Made by a program: the position numbers and the translations under genes. The notes under the pieces were generated by a model. It worked only from the letters and a program-made list of their open reading frames with translations. It did not search any database and was not told the origin of the DNA. A stretch of DNA of 64,000 nucleotides from Gammaproteobacteria bacterium (GTDB lineage: Bacteria > Pseudomonadota > Gammaproteobacteria > GCA-001735895): positions 64,001 to 128,000 of the forward strand of contig JBNKUM010000024.1 of the NCBI GenBank assembly GCA_050298595.1, in the 5' to 3' direction. Shown here one piece after another: positions 11,146 to 21,466 of this stretch; within the stretch, counting starts at the first letter, position 1; every line of letters begins with the position of its first letter.

Positions 11146-12101
11146 GAACGTGGGGCATTAACCTTTTCAATCAAGCTGCCCAGTACTTCATCAGCATTCA
11201 ATCCATCAATCTCCACTTCAGGAGAAAGTATGATGCGGTGCCGCAGCACCGGCAGTGCTATAGATTTAACATCATCAGGGGTAACAAAATTATTGCCATG
11301 GATGAGCGCCAAAGCCTTGGCGCAGCGTAATAATGCAATACTTGCACGCGGCCCGGCACCGTGACGCAATAGCGTGGTAGCCCGTGTTTCACGCACCAGG
11401 TTAACGGCATACTCGGCTACCCGCTGATCAACCTCTACCTGGCTACAATACTGCTGAGCAGTCACCATATCTATCAGACTGGCTTTAGTTTCCTCAACCC
11501 TGGCAATTGACTTCGCCGCATAGCGAGTTGCCAGTATCACCTCGTTATCGAGTGAGGGATAGTCGATTTTTATCTTGATAATAAAACGATCCAGCTCGGC
11601 CTCGGGTAAAGCATAAGTACCTTCCTGCTCGATTGGATTTTGTGTGGCCAACACCATAAAGGGGTGATCAATCGACAAAGATTGACCATCCAGAGTGACC
11701 TGATATTCCTGCATCACTTCCAGTAACGAGGCCTGTGTTTTAGCGGGTGCCCGGTTTATTTCATCGGCCAGTAATAGATTGGTGAATATTGGCCCGCGTT
11801 TAAGCACAAACTTACTCTTTGCCATATCGAACATCACATGCCCGGTGACATCGCCTGGCATCAGGTCAGGGGTAAATTGTATTCGTTTAAAAGCGGCACC
11901 TATACCTGATGCGAATGCCTGCACCAGAAGGGTTTTACCCAGCCCAGGTACACCCTCTATCAGTACATGCCCCCCTGCCAGCATCGCAATCAATACCTGA
12001 TCAACGACATTCGACTGTCCGATTAATCTCTGGTTGACATGCTCCTTTAGCGCAGCCAGCGAGGCAGAGATGGTTTCCAGAGAAGCGCTTGTATCATTCA
12101 T
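11142..12101 (-). CDS. moxR: MoxR family AAA+ ATPase
   Basis: GVPGLGKT, RIQFTPDLMPGD, LLADEINRAPAKTQASLLE, ATQNPIEQEGTY. Confidence 0.96.
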   Translation of the reverse strand: MNDTSASLETISASLAALKEHVNQRLIGQSNVVDQVLIAMLAGGHVLIEGVPGLGKTLLVQAFASGIGAAFKRIQFTPDLMPGDVTGHVMFDMAKSKFVLKRGPIFTNLLLADEINRAPAKTQASLLEVMQEYQVTLDGQSLSIDHPFMVLATQNPIEQEGTYALPEAELDRFIIKIKIDYPSLDNEVILATRYAAKSIARVEETKASLIDMVTAQQYCSQVEVDQRVAEYAVNLVRETRATTLLRHGAGPRASIALLRCAKALALIHGNNFVTPDDVKSIALPVLRHRIILSPEVEIDGLNADEVLGSLIEKVNAPRS

Positions 12102-13372
12102 AATAAATTCTCAATTTGTTTTAATAATCGCACCGTCTGTACGAATGTGAGTTCATTGTGTTGTGTTGAATTAAATGCCTTTTCCACTGTTTTTAAATCT
12201 AGCCCACAGCGTTGACTGATAAGCTGCAACTTATCGTCCATTACACTGGCGCGGTTAATAACTGGATAGGCGAGCGCGGCGCGCCGCATCACTTTATTGC
12301 GCAACGGTGTTAACAGATGTGCGCTCGCTTTACGGTGCCATAAATAGTTAGCGGTCGCAGCAAAATGCACGCCCAGAGAGCGCGCAGCAGCAGGATTACT
12401 GATTTCTATACGCCCAAAACGATGACTTAGATGCCAGAGTAATAGCGATACCAGCAGCGCCAGAGCAATCAGAAATTCACTTGCGGAATCAACTGCCAGA
12501 GCCCACAGACTCGGTCTATCCAGCGGCTTGAAAAGAGCGATATCACCATCCTTGGAAATCAGCATCCACAGTAGAAAAGCATGGTCAAACTGATGAATAC
12601 GCCGGGAAGTCCAGATACCTGGATCGGAGAGTATGGTTAGCAGCCCATCACCCACTTCAAACTGCATCATATGAACCCCATGTTCAGATGAGCTCCAGCT
12701 AAAAGGCCGGGATTCCAGTTCATCTTCCTGATCACTGTTAAAAGCGGGATGGGTTAAAACCTTTTGCGCATTAAAGGCTATTTCCAGTACGCCAATCTCG
12801 TCACCAAAATCTACTTCAGTCATCAGTCCATCATCAGCAAACGACTGGGCAATTTCTTCGGGTGTCATACCCTGGTCAATTTTTTCATTATATTCGCGCA
12901 TTAGATCGCTTAAGGACTTATCCTTGTTATTGTTGTTTTCTCCATCAGCAGTATCCTTATCAGACTGTTCTTCCTGATACCACTCCACCCCTACATCGAA
13001 CCTGTCCAGCAACAGATCACCTTCCTGTGATACAGAACTCGCAGCAACAATCAGATTACCGCCCTGCTCCAGCCACTCCAGCACCTTTTCCAGCTGGCGT
13101 GGATTGGCCACCTGATTAACATCGGTAATCATTACCGTGCTCACGCCTTCCAGCTGATCCAGTCGCATCAGGCTTTCTGCCTGTTTCACCTCAACACCCG
13201 CCTGTTGCAGGAAATACTGCGCGGCCAGATAGGGATTAGTCAATGCCTCGGTTGACCAGGGTGTTTTTTCGTTTTCCTGATAAAACTCGATATTGGAATA
13301 AATCTGCCAGGCCAACACTCCAGCAAGGCCTAACAGCAGCAGAGCTTTCACATGAAGATTAATCGATGGCAT
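12098..13372 (-). CDS. DUF4350-type membrane-anchored protein
   Basis: EALTNPYLAAQYFL, WLEQGGNLIV; position in MoxR operon; ATG at 13372 overlaps upstream gene end. Confidence 0.8.
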   Translation of the reverse strand: MPSINLHVKALLLLGLAGVLAWQIYSNIEFYQENEKTPWSTEALTNPYLAAQYFLQQAGVEVKQAESLMRLDQLEGVSTVMITDVNQVANPRQLEKVLEWLEQGGNLIVAASSVSQEGDLLLDRFDVGVEWYQEEQSDKDTADGENNNNKDKSLSDLMREYNEKIDQGMTPEEIAQSFADDGLMTEVDFGDEIGVLEIAFNAQKVLTHPAFNSDQEDELESRPFSWSSSEHGVHMMQFEVGDGLLTILSDPGIWTSRRIHQFDHAFLLWMLISKDGDIALFKPLDRPSLWALAVDSASEFLIALALLVSLLLWHLSHRFGRIEISNPAAARSLGVHFAATANYLWHRKASAHLLTPLRNKVMRRAALAYPVINRASVMDDKLQLISQRCGLDLKTVEKAFNSTQHNELTFVQTVRLLKQIENLL

Positions 13373-14873
13373 TAGACATCTCTCTGGACCAGGTTTTGCA
13401 CAGTGCCTCAATCAACTGTGTACTTGGCAGCCGATGTCCATAAGCCAGGTTACACCAGGCAACAGTGATTTGCTCAAAGTACTGACTCAAGGACTGCACA
13501 CCCTGTTTTTTTACCAACGCCGCACATTCTGCTTCGGTGTGGCTAGGCTTGAATGTTAACTCATACTGCTCGATCAGGTGCGACAATGCTGCACGATACA
13601 GTAGTCCTAATGATTCTCGATGCTGGCCGCTATTCCACAGCTGCATAACCTGGCTCGGGACATCTTCGGGCAAGCTATCCGGGGTCACATCAAGACCAAA
13701 CATAACCTCTGGTTTATTGATACTACGTTTGACCGGTTTCAGGCTTGAGAGTGGCCCGCGATAGCGATACAACAGATATCCCAGCAGGCAAACAAACACA
13801 ATAATAAGAATGATCTTGATCCAGACAGCAGGGGAAAATAGTCTGTCTTCATGATCATTGTGAGCAGACCAGTCGAAGTTGGCTAAAAACCAGTCGACCA
13901 GATCAATCATCCACTGTGGAATCTTATCCTTATTTTCTTCAACCACATTTTTAAAGCGCCATTTTTCTACACTTACCTCGCGACCAAAATCTTCTCCCTT
14001 GAGGATTTCATTAATGGTTTCGCTGGCAGTTTTCCGATCATAATTATCTACGGCATAACTGCTGGAAGGTGTACCCGACAGTAGCAGGGTCAACAGCATG
14101 GCCGCAAGCATCAACCCACTGAGCTTAGCTGTTGAGCTCTGTTTACGAGCTACCAGATTGCGAAAAGTAATCTCTATATCCCAGGCTTCCAGCTCGATAC
14201 GACGATTCAGATAAAGCGCAAATCCAGCCATTGAATAAAATGGCATCACAGCGAAGATCGCAGTAAATGCGCACAGTGTATACAGCCATTTCCCAATCAG
14301 GGTTAATTTATTGGCTGAGTCATAAATTTCGAGCCCGAAATCATCCGGCACAAAAAAAAGTATGCCTGAGAACAGACCCAGGCAAACGATCAATTCGAAC
14401 ATAAAACAGATAATCTGATTACTAAACGCAATGTCGATGCTTTTACCGTGTAATACGCTAAGACGTTGCTTACGTGGCTTACCCTTTAGCCCTTCAAGTA
14501 CAGTGACCGGGGCGCTATAAGCACGCTGCAATGAAAACCTGCGCCATAGCAGCCAGGCCAGCACATCGTTAAAATAAACCGATTTTATCTTCGCCAGCAC
14601 CTCATACAGCGTTATCTGTTCGCCGAAGATTCTCCGACTGCTGAAGTAAAGCGGTAAGCGTTCCCAGAACGGTTTTAACCACCAGATAATGAAAAGTGCA
14701 ATAAAGGGTTGGTCAAAAAAGAGGATTGATAACGGAATGAATACAGTCAGTGCAGGCAATAGCCCGCACAACAGCAGCGTCAGCCACCAGGCACGCGCCA
14801 TCAAAAAACCCAGATCCAGTGCCTGCCAGCCCGATCTTACATTGGCCCCTATTTCTAACTTATCCAGGTTCAA
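13359..14873 (-). CDS. DUF4129-type membrane protein
   Basis: RSGWQALDLG, WWLKP, LYLNRRIELEAWDIE, TEAEC, LAYGHR. Confidence 0.82.
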   Translation of the reverse strand: MNLDKLEIGANVRSGWQALDLGFLMARAWWLTLLLCGLLPALTVFIPLSILFFDQPFIALFIIWWLKPFWERLPLYFSSRRIFGEQITLYEVLAKIKSVYFNDVLAWLLWRRFSLQRAYSAPVTVLEGLKGKPRKQRLSVLHGKSIDIAFSNQIICFMFELIVCLGLFSGILFFVPDDFGLEIYDSANKLTLIGKWLYTLCAFTAIFAVMPFYSMAGFALYLNRRIELEAWDIEITFRNLVARKQSSTAKLSGLMLAAMLLTLLLSGTPSSSYAVDNYDRKTASETINEILKGEDFGREVSVEKWRFKNVVEENKDKIPQWMIDLVDWFLANFDWSAHNDHEDRLFSPAVWIKIILIIVFVCLLGYLLYRYRGPLSSLKPVKRSINKPEVMFGLDVTPDSLPEDVPSQVMQLWNSGQHRESLGLLYRAALSHLIEQYELTFKPSHTEAECAALVKKQGVQSLSQYFEQITVAWCNLAYGHRLPSTQLIEALCKTWSREMSNAID

Positions 14874-15816
14874 ATCGCTTACCCGACAGACAGTAGATAA
14901 TCACTAGTAACCAGAAAAAACCACCTACGCCATATTTCACGGCTATAGGGATAGTGCTACTTGAAGACCAGAAGGCTTCTAAAAAGGCAGCAATCACCAG
15001 CATCAGGATAATGCCATACAATAAAGGGATAACCTCTAACCCTGCTCTGCGCAAGGCACTCACCCGAGTAAAGGGGCCTGGGTTAATAATTGAATACCCC
15101 AGCCTGAGGCCTGCAGCACCACTGAATACGATGGCGGTTAATTCAAAAGCGCTATGACCGACGACAAAGGGATAAAAAGTATCTATGAAATCAAGCCGAG
15201 TCAGATGCCCAGCCACGCTGCCGATATGTAATCCATTGTAAAAAAGGACCAAAAGAGTCCCAATCCCCGCCATCAAACCACCGGCAAAACAGCGAAAGGC
15301 AATGCTTATATTATTCAGGATATAAAACCCAAACATATAAATATCCGTATCGGACTCGCGTTCACGCCCCAGCTTGACCGCCGAAGCGTCATACATCTGT
15401 TCCAAATGTCGCACATCCTGGGCATCCATGATGCTATATACCGCCACATCATCCAGATAAACCCAGAGCCCGGCTATCAGGCCCGGTAATACAAACACCA
15501 GCAGGGATGCAATGATAAAAAAGCGCTGTTGATAGATAGTATGAGGGAACTGGCGTATCAAAAATGAAAATAGATTCAGGCGTCCGCCCTTCTGGTATCG
15601 ATACAGTTCACGATATAAACGCAACACCAGTTTATTCAAGCGCTCAATTAACGCCGTATCATACAGGCGCTGTTTGGCAAGAGAGAGGTGCTGACACAGC
15701 AGCATATAGTGATCTGAAAGCAGGATGCTGTTGTGCTCGCTGGCGGGTTTATCCAGTGACTTTTCAATCGCTTGCCAGGTTTGCTGATGCTGTTTTTCAA
15801 ACAATTGCTGTTTCAT
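14860..15816 (-). CDS. SpoIIM (DUF95) family membrane protein
   Basis: MFGFYILNNISIAFRCFAGG, VVGHSAFELTAI, AAFLEAFWS; start taken at MKQQLFE. Confidence 0.9.
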   Translation of the reverse strand: MKQQLFEKQHQQTWQAIEKSLDKPASEHNSILLSDHYMLLCQHLSLAKQRLYDTALIERLNKLVLRLYRELYRYQKGGRLNLFSFLIRQFPHTIYQQRFFIIASLLVFVLPGLIAGLWVYLDDVAVYSIMDAQDVRHLEQMYDASAVKLGRERESDTDIYMFGFYILNNISIAFRCFAGGLMAGIGTLLVLFYNGLHIGSVAGHLTRLDFIDTFYPFVVGHSAFELTAIVFSGAAGLRLGYSIINPGPFTRVSALRRAGLEVIPLLYGIILMLVIAAFLEAFWSSSSTIPIAVKYGVGGFFWLLVIIYCLSGKRFEPG

Positions 15817-15847
15817 GCTAAACACCGTAATTGAATTGCGCGCAGCT

Positions 15848-16528
15848 TCATTGCACCCCCAGAAACCATGCACCGATGCGGTGTAACTGGGTGACCTTAT
15901 CGTCATCCTTATTATGCGTTATACCATCCAGAATACTGGCAAGTTCCTGTTGGCGCGGATCGGACAGCTGCTGGCTTCTATGCAAAAAATCGACTATGGC
16001 GGTTTGCTCGTTGCGCAGCAGAGCGGTGGGGGGGGGCAGTGGCCGGATATCATTGATACTGGTTGGCCTTGCTGCTTCCTTAACGCTAATCACCAGAGTG
16101 CCTGCTGCCAGGTCGCCCAGACGTTGAAAGCGACCATTAGAAACCATAGTGACTAATCCGGCCAGATAACAGAATGGCAGGAAATCGACACTACGTAGCA
16201 AATTTCTAAGCATTGATGCACCGAAGCTAACCGGTGTTAAGTCATCGTGTACCACGCTGATGCCCATCATCTTTTTACCCGGAGTCTGCCCGCGCCTGAA
16301 CACTTCAAAAATAACGGGATAAAACCACTCGATCAGAAACAGCGTGATATACCAGAAACCAGTGCCAACTCTGCCGAAAGGAATCATCGCCAGAGTCAGG
16401 ATAAAGAGAACAATGCCACGGATCGCAAGATCAATTATAAACGCGAGAAAGCGCGGAATAGGACCGACCAGTTGCGCTTCAAGCTCTATGCCCCCGGGTA
16501 TCTCTGCCCGGTAATTAGTGTCCAACAA
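15848..16528 (-). CDS. RDD family protein
   Basis: RFLAFIID, GQTPGKK, LRNLLRSVD, QRLGDLAAGTLVI. Confidence 0.93.
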   Translation of the reverse strand: MLDTNYRAEIPGGIELEAQLVGPIPRFLAFIIDLAIRGIVLFILTLAMIPFGRVGTGFWYITLFLIEWFYPVIFEVFRRGQTPGKKMMGISVVHDDLTPVSFGASMLRNLLRSVDFLPFCYLAGLVTMVSNGRFQRLGDLAAGTLVISVKEAARPTSINDIRPLPPPTALLRNEQTAIVDFLHRSQQLSDPRQQELASILDGITHNKDDDKVTQLHRIGAWFLGVQ

Positions 16529-16540
16529 CGAGAGGCTCTC

Positions 16541-17296
16541 TTATTCCGCCAGCGTGTGGGCTTCAGCGCCAAACAGCTTGATATGGACCATTGACATGGT
16601 AAGCACCGACCAGGGAATAACCCAGATATAGGCTATACCGAGGGTGAAAATCGCCAGTGAATTGACCAGCAGAAGAATCAGCAGCAATCCAAATATTGAA
16701 AACCATTTGCGGGTCAGGGCCTTACGCGAAACCTCCAGCGCCTGCCAGGGGGTCATATTTTTCTCAACAATCAGCGGTAAGGCATACATGTACGCCACCA
16801 TTAAATAGATACCCGGAAGTACAAATAATAATAGCCCCAATATAATCAAAGGAGTCATTATGATATAGCATAAAACCAGTGCTGGAATCTTATGGAAGTA
16901 CTGGAACACCGCACTAGCAGAGCTGGGTTTATTTGCAGCATGCCGAATCCCCATAATATGAATCGCCATGAACATTGGCATGGTTGCAATGCTGGCAACC
17001 ATCTGCAACAGTTGGGCAATGAAAGCGGCAGTATCTTTATCAACACCCAGAGCTGCTACTCCCATGCTAATGGGAATAACGAGTATCGCGACAATAATGG
17101 AGACGATAAAATATAACAGGAAAGCAATATGACAGCGCGTCTTAAAGCCTTTCAGGTTTTTCCAGGCCTCACCCAGAGTACCGGTCATACTGATTTCTAT
17201 ATTTCCAGCAATAGCCTGTTCAGGCGAACCACCGATACGCTCACTAGAGGAAGTATTATCAAGATCAGATTGGGGGGTAGCGTAGATATTGTTCAT
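16541..17296 (-). CDS. Hypothetical membrane protein (DUF975/BPSS1780-like)
   Basis: LFVLPGIYL, PLIVEK...WQALEVSRKA; N-terminus NIYATPQSDL. Confidence 0.75.
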   Translation of the reverse strand: MNNIYATPQSDLDNTSSSERIGGSPEQAIAGNIEISMTGTLGEAWKNLKGFKTRCHIAFLLYFIVSIIVAILVIPISMGVAALGVDKDTAAFIAQLLQMVASIATMPMFMAIHIMGIRHAANKPSSASAVFQYFHKIPALVLCYIIMTPLIILGLLLFVLPGIYLMVAYMYALPLIVEKNMTPWQALEVSRKALTRKWFSIFGLLLILLLVNSLAIFTLGIAYIWVIPWSVLTMSMVHIKLFGAEAHTLAE

Positions 17297-17450
17297 ACAA
17301 AACTCCATGTATTCATTAAATTTCTATAGCCCGCGCATCCTATAATAATTTCACCCAGACATACAAGCATGATTTTGAACAGTTGATAGGGGCCTGTAAC
17401 ACTGAGGGTAGTCCGTACCCCCCTTTGTTATTTCATCACTTTAGGTATCG

Positions 17451-18017
17451 CTAGAATTTTTTTGTAACATTTAATGCCTGTTTTATCTTATCAATATCCA
17501 GCTTCTCAACCAGAGTGAGTAGCTCTGGGTATATCCGGCCATGATATCCATAACCACCATTTTTCAGTTCGTCTATTGCCTGGGCCTTTGACCAGTTGTT
17601 GAAAATAATTCGGTAAGCGGCAATGGTGACACCCGTTCTATCTGAGCCATGCCAGCAGTGTATTAAGATGGGGCCTTTTCTATTGTTGATAATCTGCATG
17701 GCCTGAATAATCTGCTTCTGGGTGATGGCACCCGTTTGCATTTTAATTCTATGCAGTACAAATTTTTCTTCCCCAATTTCATTTTTATCGCTGTGATACT
17801 CTCTTAAATTCAGCACTTCCTGAATCCCAAGGGCCACCAGGTTATCGATATCATCATCGTCAGGTTGCTCTGACCGATATACACCTTTGTCAACCTGGTA
17901 CAGGTTATCAAGACCCGTTCCAATGATCGGTTTCCCCCAGTCATCAGGTCTTAATCGAGGCTCTGCATCAGCGTTAGCAGAGATAAGCAGTAAAAGAATT
18001 ATCAGGTATCTGGTCAT
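17451..18017 (-). CDS. Cys-dependent (tyrosine/dual-specificity) phosphatase with apparent signal peptide
   Basis: YRSEQP, CX5R loop HCWHGSDRTG, N-terminal hydrophobic stretch ending ANADA. Confidence 0.9.
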   Translation of the reverse strand: MTRYLIILLLLISANADAEPRLRPDDWGKPIIGTGLDNLYQVDKGVYRSEQPDDDDIDNLVALGIQEVLNLREYHSDKNEIGEEKFVLHRIKMQTGAITQKQIIQAMQIINNRKGPILIHCWHGSDRTGVTIAAYRIIFNNWSKAQAIDELKNGGYGYHGRIYPELLTLVEKLDIDKIKQALNVTKKF

Positions 18018-18187
18018 TTAATTTTTCATTTAAACAGTTTCAGCTGTTACAAACAGGGTAGAGGCTGAAGCCATATTAGCAACATTTTGCATGATGAAAA
18101 GCCCAATGTTCAGGTAAAATCATTATTTACTTTTCAAACCCTGCTGACAGTTAGCTGTTCAGCTTTATGGACTCTAATTAATTTACC

Positions 18188-19987
18188 GTGAATTCTGAAC
18201 AAGCTCATTATCAACCAGTCAGCTGGCAGAAAATCTTTCAACTTGCGCGTAGTCATAAAAAAAATCTTATCCTGGCGCATATCATCGCGATTTTTGCTGC
18301 GATGATTCTGGTGCCAGTGCCGATGCTGATGCCATTGCTGGTGGATGAAGTCCTGCTAAATAAGCCCGGCATCATTGTAGCAACACAAAAAATTATATTT
18401 CCTGAATCCTGGCATGGCCCTGCGTTATTTATTATCAGCATCATGCTGTTCACTATTTTACTACGCCTGATTGGTACCAGCTTATCGGTATGGCAAACGC
18501 GCGAATTCACGCTGGTTTCAAAAGATATTACTTACCAGTTACGAAGCAATCTATTACATCGCCTACAAACCATCTCAATGGCTGAGTACGAGGTTCTGGG
18601 TAGCGGAGCGGTTGCTTCACATCTGGTTACCGATATAGATACTATCGATCAGTTTATCGGTAGTGCTCTGAGTAAATTGCTGGTCGCGATTCTGCTAGTG
18701 ATCGGCATAGCGATTACACTGTTATGGATGCACTGGCAACTGGCTCTGTTTATTCTGATCATGAACCCTGTGGTGATTTACTTCACAACAGTCATGGGTA
18801 AAAAAGTTAAGGAATTAAAGAGGCACGAAAACTCGGCGGTGGAGTTATTTCAGCAATCACTCACCGAAACGCTGGATGCCATCCAGCAGATACGAGCCAG
18901 TAATCGTGAACGCCATTATCTGATGCGCGTGATCGACAAAGCACGTGCTGTGAAGGTTAATTCAGCCAGCTTCAACTGGAAAAGCGATGCCGCCAACCGA
19001 CTGTCTTTCTTTGTGTTTCTAATGGGCTTTGAGGTTTTTCGTGCAGTGAGCATGTTGATGGTGGTGTTTTCCAGTCTGAGTATTGGAGAGATGTTCGCGG
19101 TATACGCTTACCTGTGGTTTATGATGACGCCAGTACAGGAAATACTTGGTATACAATACAGCTATTATTCAGCCAATGCCGCGCTACAGAGACTCAATCG
19201 CATCCTGCAATTAAAACAGGAGCCAGTATATGCACATAAGATCAACCCGTTTGAACATCACAACACCGCCAGCCTGAAGATTGAAGATATCCATTTCGCC
19301 TATGGTAATGGTGACATAGTACTAGATGGGGTTTCGCTGGATATTCGTGCAGGAGAAAAAATTGCCCTGGTCGGTGCCAGCGGTGGTGGCAAATCTACCC
19401 TGGTTCAGGTCATTCTGGGGCTATACCCGCCTGCTCAGGGGCATATCTATTTCAACGATGTGCCAGTTGAGCAAATCGGCCTGGATATCGTCAGAGAGCA
19501 TATAGCCACCGTGCTGCAACACCCTGCGCTATTTAATGACACGATACGCAGCAATCTGACTATGGGCTTATCTCTGAGTGATGACAAGCTGTGGCAGGCG
19601 CTGGAAATTGCTCAGCTTAAAACCACTATAGACGAATTACCCGCCGGGCTAGATACCATCGTTGGTCGCAATGGCATACGTCTGTCTGGCGGTCAGCGTC
19701 AACGCCTGGCCATTGCGCGCATGATTTTAAACGACCCCAAAGTGGTGGTTCTGGATGAAGCGACTTCAGCACTGGATACCCAGACCGAAGAAAGGTTGCA
19801 CAGTGCCATGCAGGACTTTCTTAAGGGCAGAACCACGCTTATCATTGCTCATCGACTCAGTGCTATAAAACAGGCAGACAGGGCCTATGTGTTTGATGGT
19901 GGACAGGTCATAGACGAGGGGCATCACGAAGAGCTGGTGAACCGAGATGGTCTATATCAACAATTATACGGCGAAAGACAACAATAA
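18188..19987 (+). CDS. ABC exporter, fused permease/ATP-binding (MsbA-like)
   Basis: N-terminal TM domain, GASGGGKS, LSGGQRQR, LDEATSALD, IAHRLS. Confidence 0.95.
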   Translation: MNSEQAHYQPVSWQKIFQLARSHKKNLILAHIIAIFAAMILVPVPMLMPLLVDEVLLNKPGIIVATQKIIFPESWHGPALFIISIMLFTILLRLIGTSLSVWQTREFTLVSKDITYQLRSNLLHRLQTISMAEYEVLGSGAVASHLVTDIDTIDQFIGSALSKLLVAILLVIGIAITLLWMHWQLALFILIMNPVVIYFTTVMGKKVKELKRHENSAVELFQQSLTETLDAIQQIRASNRERHYLMRVIDKARAVKVNSASFNWKSDAANRLSFFVFLMGFEVFRAVSMLMVVFSSLSIGEMFAVYAYLWFMMTPVQEILGIQYSYYSANAALQRLNRILQLKQEPVYAHKINPFEHHNTASLKIEDIHFAYGNGDIVLDGVSLDIRAGEKIALVGASGGGKSTLVQVILGLYPPAQGHIYFNDVPVEQIGLDIVREHIATVLQHPALFNDTIRSNLTMGLSLSDDKLWQALEIAQLKTTIDELPAGLDTIVGRNGIRLSGGQRQRLAIARMILNDPKVVVLDEATSALDTQTEERLHSAMQDFLKGRTTLIIAHRLSAIKQADRAYVFDGGQVIDEGHHEELVNRDGLYQQLYGERQQ

Positions 19988-20000
19988 AAGGACAGCAAGA

Positions 20001-20243
20001 ATGATCAGTTGCCAAACCCATGATTATATAGAAATTGCCTGCCTGTATGGTTTTCAGATCCGCCTACAATTAACTGATGGCTCAAGCCAGCAGGGCACAG
20101 CCATCACCACAGAAACAAGCTCAGACAAACGGGAATGGTTAATCCTCGAACAACCCACAGGCAAGATTCAGATTGATCTGATGCAGATCAAAAGCATGCA
20201 ATCTCTCACAGCCAATAGTCATTTTGAACTGATAAATTTCTAA
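20001..20243 (+). CDS. rof: Rho-binding antiterminator Rof (YaeO)
   Basis: ISCQTHDYIEIACLY...LQLTDG; ATG at 20001 after AAAGGA. Confidence 0.85.
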   Translation: MISCQTHDYIEIACLYGFQIRLQLTDGSSQQGTAITTETSSDKREWLILEQPTGKIQIDLMQIKSMQSLTANSHFELINF

Positions 20244-21364
20244 GTACAAAAATCACGAATTAAATCAAGCACCTTATCTAACTGATCGAATGGCGTGTAA
20301 AAGTGAGGAGACAGACGAATACCTCCCCCGCGTGGTGCGCACAGCACTGAATGATAAGTCAGCATTTTATATAACTCTGTATCCTGACTGTAGCGGTGAC
20401 CAAATGTCACAATCCCGGACAGGCGCTGCTCAGTGGTATCGGTGAATAAATCAATATCATCAATTGCTTTCAAGCCATCAATGAGATACCGCGTCCGGTC
20501 AAGTACTCTGTCACCAATTTCCTGCATGCCACTATCCAGCAATAGCTGGAGACTAGCATTCAAGGCATGTATACCCAGCATATTGGGGCTGCCACATTCA
20601 AAACGTCTGGCCGTTTTTTCGATTGCAAAATCCTGCTGACTGTAATCGCTGAGCTTCTCTGTCATATGCCAGCCATACTGACAAAGAGACAGCCTTTCAA
20701 GCACGTCATTGCGAACATAAAACAGTCCCAGCCCTTCAGGAGCCAGCATCCATTTATGTCCATCGGCTATTGCAAAATCAGCGCCTGTCGCCTGCACATC
20801 AAATGGTAATGCTCCTATCTGTTGAATCGCATCGACGCAAAACAGGATATTGTGATCCCGGCAAAATGAACCCACTTTTTCCAGATCCATGCGAAAGCCA
20901 TTATAGTATTGCACGGCACTGATCGAGATCAGCCTCGTTCGTACATCGCACAGGTCAAACAGGGCCTGTTCGGGATCATCCTGCCCCTGCATATCCAGTT
21001 TGCGAAACTCTACTCCTCTGGGTGCCAGCGAATCCCACACAAAGCGATTAGAGGGAAATTCCTGCTGGATTCCAACTACGTTATCACCCTCTTCCCAGTC
21101 CAGACCATAGGCGACCAGCGACAGACCTTCAGAGGTATTTTTTACCAGTGCGATTTCATCCACCGAACTCGCATTAATAAGCGTTTTAATATTTTCGCGC
21201 AGCTGGGTTTCAACCTCCAGCCACTTTAGATAATCCAGAGATCCCTGCCGTGCGTTTTCTTCAGCAAACTGCTTAAGCACATTGGCGGTTTGCTGGGGCC
21301 AGGGGCCAACCGCAGCATGATTGAGATGAATGAGGTTATCGATAACTGGAAATTGGCGATTCAT
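20240..21364 (-). CDS. Class V PLP-dependent enzyme (C-S lyase/cysteine desulfurase-like)
   Basis: HLNHAAVGP, KNTSEG, VDAIQ, DGHKWMLAPEG, RFECGS, IRLSPHFY. Confidence 0.88.
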   Translation of the reverse strand: MNRQFPVIDNLIHLNHAAVGPWPQQTANVLKQFAEENARQGSLDYLKWLEVETQLRENIKTLINASSVDEIALVKNTSEGLSLVAYGLDWEEGDNVVGIQQEFPSNRFVWDSLAPRGVEFRKLDMQGQDDPEQALFDLCDVRTRLISISAVQYYNGFRMDLEKVGSFCRDHNILFCVDAIQQIGALPFDVQATGADFAIADGHKWMLAPEGLGLFYVRNDVLERLSLCQYGWHMTEKLSDYSQQDFAIEKTARRFECGSPNMLGIHALNASLQLLLDSGMQEIGDRVLDRTRYLIDGLKAIDDIDLFTDTTEQRLSGIVTFGHRYSQDTELYKMLTYHSVLCAPRGGGIRLSPHFYTPFDQLDKVLDLIRDFCT

Positions 21365-21466
21365 AATCTGACAGGGCTATTGTTAAAACGATGGAGAACT
21401 ATAACAGCTTTAAATTCAATGCTTCACCATAAAACCATGTAATCGTTTACTATTCGAAAACGAAGG

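Noticed and set aside
16028-16036. G9 run in the RDD gene (and G8 at 1066-1073) as phase-variation tracts
   Set aside because: Both are in frame and explained by Pro-Pro-Pro and Met-Gly-Gly-Asp codons; there is no evidence of switching.
17385-17430. GGGGCCTGTAACAC / GAGGGTA...TACCCCC as an IS end or terminator
   Set aside because: It is a short weak stem with no partner inverted repeat or second copy in the window.
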